NCBI GenBank assembly: GCA_905178155.1 | Contig: CAJINV010000012.1 | Location: 864,004-928,003 of the forward strand | Origin: Amoebophrya sp. A120 | Lineage: Eukaryota; Protista; Dinoflagellata | Direction: 5' to 3' | DNA: 64,000 nucleotides | Shown here: piece after piece, positions 57,281-64,000 of the stretch | Numbering within the stretch: the stretch's first letter is position 1 | Layout: the number at the start of each line of letters is the position of its first letter | The notes under the pieces: model-generated | The model's input: only the letters and a program-made list of their open reading frames with translations | Database searches by the model: none | What the model was told of the DNA's origin: nothing | Position numbers and translations under genes: made by a program

Positions 57281-60200
57281 CCGCGTTGAGGTCATCCTCA
57301 TTCTGTTTTGTCCCTGCTTGTTGTTGTTCCCTCCCGGCGTAGGTAGAATCGTCGTGTGAGGATGATGTTGAACTACTACTGCTGGAAGTTCTTGTCCCGT
57401 GGCTTTTATCGCTCCTCCGATCCACATCCAGTATCTCTTGTTCGTCAAACAGCCTGTGGTTGAGGCGTGACGTCGTGAAGGAACTAGTACCGGCCGAAGA
57501 TGGTTTACTGTTTGTACTGTTCCGATTTTCAACCTGATTTTCGGACGATCTGCAGCTACTGTAGTTTTGCTGTAGTTCATCTCCTGCACCAACAACATGA
57601 ACATATCCGGGAGAATTATACAGCGCGTTGCTATAATTTTCCTCCGATGCGGAAATTCTTGCTGCGTTGTAATGGTCGTAATCCGAGTCGAGCGGAGAGG
57701 ATTCAATATTGCCGTTACAAATCCCGGCTTCGTCTTCAACACGACCTTGTTCGTACAGTAAACCCGCTTCTAAATCCTGAAAGGCGCGTATCGGGTCGTT
57801 GATTTCGTCATCTTCGTGGTCCTTGTAACTGGAAATCAAGGTCGTGCTCGAAGTCGACGATATAACCCGCTCAGCTGTTACAATCTCAAACGTTACAATA
57901 GAGTCTGAAACTTGTGTTGCAAGAAGTGCATTATCTAGCCAACTCTCATAGAATTGCGCATGACAAGTTTCGGAGCTCCGAACCGCACTAGAATCTGGCG
58001 AAATTTGTATTGCAGAAAGTGCAACGCTCTGCGAGTCTGTCATGCTCATCATGCAACACAAATCCCAGATTCTATTGTAACGCTTGAGATTGTAACGTTT
58101 GAGGAGGTCATAGACGAGCCGCCCTTTTTCTTCAAATTGTGCCACATCTGTTTGAAGAAGGAACTGCTGGACGATGATCTAGCAACTGTAAAAATGTCTG
58201 GGTCTGGAAGATTCTGACACTCGTCATGCAGGTTTTGCATGAGCCATGATGTCCGTGATGCATACCCTAGCAATATAGATTTTTTCAGGGCTTCTTGATG
58301 CCTATTCCGCATGACAAATGCCTTCTCAGAGTAGCAAAAATTGCATTCCCCTTGCTACTCATGCAATACAGATTTTTTTGGAATCCAAATGCAGCATCAC
58401 AAGTTCCAATCTTCCAGACCCAGACACTTTTGCAATCCATATGATCTGGGTTGTTGTAGCAATAGCAAATTCTTTGATAAAGAAGACGGCCCTCGTGGTC
58501 CCGCTGTTGACATCGGACTTGCGATTATTTGTCTCTCGACGTCCTCTCCAATGTTGATCCCCGTTTGAATCACCCTGGTGTCCACTCTGCTATCCGGCGA
58601 GGGGCTCGGCGACGGAGAAATCGACGGCTGTCGCATTTTCGCGTGAATATCTCGGCCGAAAGTTGATTTCGAGAGGAACTGTTTCGGTCTGGGCGGCTTG
58701 TAAAACGTACAGTCTGCATCGTTTGTTGTTGACATGCGGGGGATTCCGTAGTTATCTTCATCTTGATCATCTTCTGGACTGGAATTCAAAACTCTTGTAG
58801 AAGTGGTTCGGCGATTATTTGAAGATGATCTACCACGGCTGCTCCTGTCCGTTCCAAATGGCGACCCTCGCGGCCAAGAGCTCACCGTCGATGTGCTGAC
58901 ACGGTTTAAAGATTATGCATTGCAAAACAAGTAACGCACTAGTATAACTTGCATTACAAATTTCGGCAAGAAGAAAAGTGGAATTTGTAATGCTGTTTGA
59001 CCTTAGGAGGAACATTTGTCATGCAGTTTTGCAATCAGTACGACTACGAGTACGATACTTTTGCACAGCATAAAGAGGATGAACTGGTGAAAGAGTTTGC
59101 TTTCCTATTCGCAAACACGTTCGCTTTCTGTTCCGCCAACAGCTTTATGAAATGCAAATATGTCTGGGTCTGGAAGGTTGGAACTTGTGCTGCTACCTTT
59201 GGACTCTACATAAAATCTGTATTGCATGAACATCAAAAGAGGCGTAATTTGTGCTACGCGGAGAGGTCATTTCTCATGCGGAATGAGCATCAGAAAGCCC
59301 TCGCAAAATCTCTGATGCTAGGGCATGCATCACAAACCTCATGGGTCATGCAAAATCTGCATGACAAACTCCTGCATTCTTCCAGACCCAGACATTTTTG
59401 CAGTTGATAAGCTTTTCTTGCAGCAGGTACCGCTGGTTGCTGACCGCAGAGTCGGTCGGCGAGGGTGTGCGGCCGTGGCGGGTAATGGTAGTAGTACCAG
59501 TTGTCCCAGTCGTCGTGGTCCTGCTGGTAGTTGTTCCGAAGGCAAAAGCGGCTGAACCCGCTGTATTTGTAGTCGAGGTTGACTTGGACTTACTCAACAT
59601 TCCCCCACCACCGCCGGAAAGCACAGAGTTTGCGATTTCCGTTGCTCGTGCGGCGAAGTTGGTGAAGGAATTTCGCTGTTTTAAGAGTCCAGAACAACTG
59701 CTCTCGTCCTTCACGACACCCTCCGCGTGTTTGATTTGGGCCTCGTCAAAGAACACCGCGGTCGTTGAGGAAGTAGGGTGCTGGTCGTGACTTTTCCGCA
59801 GAGAGCTGGTCGATGTACTCTATGAACTGCAAAAGTATCGTACTCGTATAAATGCATCACAAATTTTCTCAGCACGAGAAATAAAATTTGTAATGCAGAT
59901 CTGCCTTGGGAACAAGATTTGTAATGCAAGACTTGCATTTATACGAGTACGATACTTTTGCACAGGATATACTCCCGGGCCACGTGACCCTGGCCGGGAA
60001 ATTCAAGCCGATGTTGGCGAAAAAAGATTTGCTTCTCGGTCGCATTCCGGTTGCGGAGGAGGAACCACCATGCCCGTCGGAGGTTGACGTGGTGATCCTG
60101 ATTTGGTTATCCTGTGCAAAAGTATCGTACTCGTTGTATAGCAATAATCGTTCGTTCGTTGTGGATCGGCTCTGCCGACCGGGTAACCCAACGCCTTGCA

Positions 60201-61025
60201 TACAAATGACCGACTTAGGCGAACCCCGTTACGGGACGGGGTTACAATAATGCATTGCAAATCTTTTCCCTAAGGTAAATCAGCATTGCAAATTTTATTA
60301 TTATTTCTCATGCTGAGGAAATCCAAATCTGTATTGCATTTATACGAGTGCGATACTTTTGCACTGCATATTGGTGGTGATCCTGATGACGTCCTTGCCC
60401 GTCAACATCTCGTCCGGGACTTGCCCTACGAAAAAAATCCGAATCCGACAAAACTATCGTACGAAAAAAGTGTTTCACTGTAAGGATTTTGGAGATTTTG
60501 CATCACAAGTTTGTTCTACATGACAGAGAAAATTTACGATGCAAAGCTCCAAAGGGAAAACACAGCGAAGCATCCACTGTCTTGCATGTGTCCCATGACA
60601 AACAGCTGTGAGATGCATTTTCTGCATTACAAGTTTAATACAGTGAAACAGTTTTTTCTGGCGATAAAAACAGACTCGCCTTCATCGTCCGACACCCGTC
60701 GTTCCTCCGACCGATTCCGCTGAAACCGGGGGGAGATGATGTCCGGGTCGTTTAACAGCCAGGAGGTCAGCGAAACGCGCGGCGGGTCGTCCGGGATGGC
60801 GATTTTGGTGATGGAAGAAAACTCGCTGATCGGGCTGGCGTTTTTGGTGCCGAGCCTGCTTCTGGAGGTAGACCGAGACGTGCGGACAGACCGGTTGGAG
60901 TAGAGGCTGCCGGCTGTACGGCGGGAGGAGGAGAGCAGGGCGACCTGGTGGGTTTTGCTTTTGTAATTTTTTCCTTCTGCATGACGATGCATGAACAGGG
61001 TCTTTGCAAGACCAAGATGAAACAA
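56838..61025 (-). CDS. Ser/Thr-rich hypothetical protein with 8 introners; start uncertain
   Basis: Successive low-complexity minus-strand ORF pieces separated by TIR elements; ends ...PPELQYRAG*. Confidence 0.6.
56949..57210. mobile_element. TIR introner, family A
   Basis: DR CCGTT; empty site in the duplicate at 56004-56008. Confidence 0.93.
57861..58112. mobile_element. TIR introner, family I
   Basis: DR GACGA. Confidence 0.9.
58180..58441. mobile_element. TIR introner, family A
   Basis: DR TGATC. Confidence 0.9.
58914..59072. mobile_element. TIR introner, family F
   Basis: DR AAGAT/AAGAG. Confidence 0.88.
59146..59409. mobile_element. TIR introner, family A
   Basis: DR AGCTT. Confidence 0.9.
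59821..59969. mobile_element. TIR introner, family F
   Basis: DR TACTC. Confidence 0.9.
60108..60370. mobile_element. TIR introner, family F, with nested 96-bp insert
   Basis: DR TTGGT. Confidence 0.88.
60149..60244 (-). mobile_element. 96-bp retroposon-like insertion nested in an introner
   Basis: 7-bp duplication CAATAAT at 60142-60148 and 60245-60251; (AACG)3 tail on minus; hairpin AACCCCGT/ACGGGGTT. Confidence 0.6.
60455..60666. mobile_element. TIR introner, family N (orientation opposite to 45624)
   Basis: DR AAAAC. Confidence 0.9.
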
Positions 61026-64000
61026 GACTCATGAAACAAAAACAACGAGTAGAATCATACCATCTCTGCGCCCTCTGGAAAAGGTTGTGATATTGCTCCC
61101 AAGACCGCTAGTTGTACCACGTTCGTCGTGGGCACAATTCGCACGGTCACCTCCACGAAGCCGGTTCCATTTTTCTTTTCTTTTTCGAGTCCCGTCTCCT
61201 GACGATCGAGCGCGACTGTGTTTCTCTTTCTTGTGTTCCGTGCTACAAATCAATGGCCGTAGCGTGCTTCATTCAATTCATGGAAAATGAAATCGATGCG
61301 CGCCCATAAAAGGCAGAAGTGTGGCTTCACAAAAGGCAAAAAAAGGGATACTCAGAGAAAATTTTTGCGCAAACTCAAAGAACACAAACGTGAAACAAAG
61401 CGCAACTCAATGTCATCTCACTGCTCACCGTCTCACTCACAAGACCAAAGCTCTCAAAAGAATCACACGACCCAACATGCAGACCACAAATTTCACTCTT
61501 CTCTCCCTTTTGCTCGGCGGAAATGGAAAACAAAACTAGACAAAACCGTTGGCACCGCTCACCAATTGTTTATGTAGTAGTCTGATTCCATTGGTCGGAT
61601 TCCATTAGTCTGATTCCGTCTACTAAGTCTGATTCCCTCTCATCTTACCATATAATTTATACCGAAGTTCAGATGACAACAACTACAAGCATTTCCTTTT
61701 ATTTTATTTTGGAGCACATCACATGTAATATTCTGCGCAGAAATAATGTTGATCTTTTTCTTGCTTTATCCGGCGACCGAAGAAAGTACTAGAACTGAAT
61801 TCTGGTTCATTCAGTTCTCCTGTAGCTTTGACCGAGAGATGAAAACGACCGCTACCAATCGATCGAGAGGTGCTGGTGGCGTCTTCAACTCAACCAAAAA
61901 TGCAAGAGGAACAGAAGTTCGCCCCGCAGTCAGTCTTCCGCACGACCGGCAACATATAGCACAACAACGCGAGAAGTTGTTCTAGTACTTCACCAGTAGA
62001 TAGATGCTGTCGCGAAACAAGTCTGGATTTCCACCTGCCTGCTCCGGTCGCAAATTCAGACTCACCAGCCGGTTGATGTCGCTAACCTGCATTCATCCGC
62101 CCCTACTTGGAGAAACAAACACCAAATCAGTGTGGTCTAGCAGGTACTACATCGACCAGGCGCACCAGTCGAGGCAATGGCAATGCCAATAGATATGCAT
62201 GTAACTATATCAATATTTAGCCTAGTATAGAAAAGTAAATAAGTTGCTCGCGATGAAATTATGCCTTTCTATTATTATTATCGAAGCCACAGGTGATGCC
62301 GACCACTGTGCACAAACATCGCACGCACAAGGGGCCCATTGGATCTCAGTGCATGGTAGGATCTGTCACGGCAGGATCTCTCGCACCCGGAGTAGGTGCT
62401 CTTTCGGTCCCTCTCTCCTATCCCTAGGAGTGCCCTCACGGCTCGGAGGCGCGTCGGACGTAGTGCCTCGCGAACACCAACACCTCCCCACGACTGCCGT
62501 TGATTTTCGTCCGATTTGGAATTGCGCTGCGTAGCCACAGCAAGCATTTGCATGTCTGGGGGCGCTCAACTCGTGGGCGGTTGTGCGCCGCCAGTGTGTT
62601 GCTGTGTGGCCGTTTCAGTGGTGCCACAGGGCTCGCCTGTCGTGGCGCGCTCTTCATATTACCGACCAACCGGGTGGCCGCGCACTATCAACGGTCGGCG
62701 CTATAATTCTCGGTATGGGCTTGGCCGAGCTCGGATAAGGGGCGGCATCCGGGAGGGTGGGGTGGCCAGCCATCTGGGTGGCTGCGCTCCCCTAACGGTA
62801 GCGCAGCTGCGCTCGTCGGCGGTGCCACTCGGCTTGCTGCCCGGTCGTGTCCCGCGGTCGCGCGAGGTGCAGCCGCGGCACCCGAGTGGCAGGACACAAT
62901 CAGCACAGCGGCGGTGTGCCTTTTTGTTGCGAGCCTGCGAAGTAGCGCAAGCGCATGGGCCAGGGAGCTGCTTGCTGCTCTCCGCAGAACAACAAGGCCT
63001 GCGCGTATATATGGTCTTCTACTAGGTGACATCATGAGAGGCGTCGGCCCTCATTCACTGGGGCCACTCTTTCAACCTACCAGATCTACTAACCGCTTGC
63101 CCTGATAAGCATGCGGCCTGCTTCTCCCCACGTTACGACCGGGAGATCTCCTCAGGCGACGGCCTTCACAGGAGGTAAATTATGCCTTTCTAGACGAGCT
63201 TGCTCCAACTCATCCTCACAGCCTGAAAGCCTCGCTGGCGAGAACAACAACAAAAAGAGCTCGGCCTGGGGGCAGTCGGAGCATTATTTGCGTCAAGAAA
63301 GAGGTAAATCGCCCAACTACAAAATTTCGTTTGCAAGTTGTAATCTGCACAAAATTATAGCTCTGCGCTTGCCAACTTGTCAAACTTCAAGAATAGTAAA
63401 TGTGTCTACTGACACTACTACGTAGCAACCCTAAAATGACAACAGATCCTCGGACGCGGCACTAGAGATAGCTCCTGCTACGTACTGGCGCTACGAAGAT
63501 GAGGCTGTTGCGTCTTTATAGGCGTATGAAAGATAACTTGGCTGCCTTATTCCTTTTTCTTGAAGATTAAAGCTGTTGCTCTACCCAATCTATAGTCATG
63601 GCGTCAAAAGAACACGTGTAGCAAGGCAGATGTAGGTAAATCCTTTTTCCAGATCATGCACAATGTAGGTAAATAAAAGTAGATGTAAAGTAGTACGTGA
63701 GGAGGCTCCTTCAGTCTTCGGCGTAAGGCTTCATATACATATTGCTCCTGTAGCTTGGAATCTACTAGCAGAGTAGAGTCCTTGTTTATGTTCCTTTCCA
63801 GACAGTTCGGATTCTAAGCACCATGATCGGGTGCTGTGCGCTTCCGCTTTCTCTCATTTTTTCAATATCTTTCAGACGAGACGTGCCCGGCAATTTGATT
63901 TATGTGCCCGCGCTACCCATAATTGGCAGGCCAAACTTATTGATTTCCCGACCAGCAGGCACGATGCCACTGCGCAAACGGCGTCCACACATTCCAGCAC

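Noticed and set aside
1241-59407. Many short ORFs with [24 protein letters not shown] or YGVLKRY motifs as a repeated protein family
   Set aside because: They are translations of introner TIRs in various frames.
1334-59409. Recurring TGTCTGGGTCTGGAA / TTCCAGACCCAGACA as a CRISPR-like array
   Set aside because: These are inverted pairs bounding dispersed elements inside eukaryotic genes, not regularly spaced direct repeats, and there are no cas genes.
61578-61636. Four short (A)GTCTGATTCC-like repeats
   Set aside because: Tiny degenerate minisatellite with no further structure.
62244-63425. GC-rich ORFs near the window end
   Set aside because: No recognisable domains, introners or consistent frame; possibly a repeat, but unsupported here.
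1-64000. Autonomous transposase or reverse transcriptase that mobilises the introners
   Set aside because: I recognised no DDE, HUH, tyrosine recombinase or RT motifs in any ORF; the enzyme must be encoded elsewhere.

Overview
Eukaryotic genomic DNA, most likely a dinoflagellate/Syndiniales such as Amoebophrya (inferred from architecture, not from a database search). Eight apparently intact genes all lie on the minus strand: a full ABCA transporter, a membrane-anchored GH5 glucanase, a large Cys-rich secreted/surface protein, a TFIIS-like zinc-ribbon protein, a small CFAP-like protein, a Spinster-like MFS transporter, a double-UBA protein and a Ser/Thr-rich unknown. Their coding sequence is interrupted by 74 complete (plus 3 truncated) non-canonical intron-like elements of about 110-320 bp, which I sorted by eye into 14 terminal-inverted-repeat (TIR) families. 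Nearly all start and end with TA, are flanked by a 5-bp direct repeat (DR) and lack fixed GT-AG ends. They occur in both orientations within one gene and share the internal motif GCAT[G/C/T]ACAA across otherwise unrelated families. Removing the element plus 5 nt restored the reading frame wherever I checked. A local tandem duplication shows an empty/filled site pair. Also present: a region of gene fragments joined at a recurring 42-bp motif (23985-28413), a 3.5-kb Helitron-like element filled with a palindromic minisatellite, and three insertions nested inside introners. All coordinates were read by hand and may be off by a base or two.
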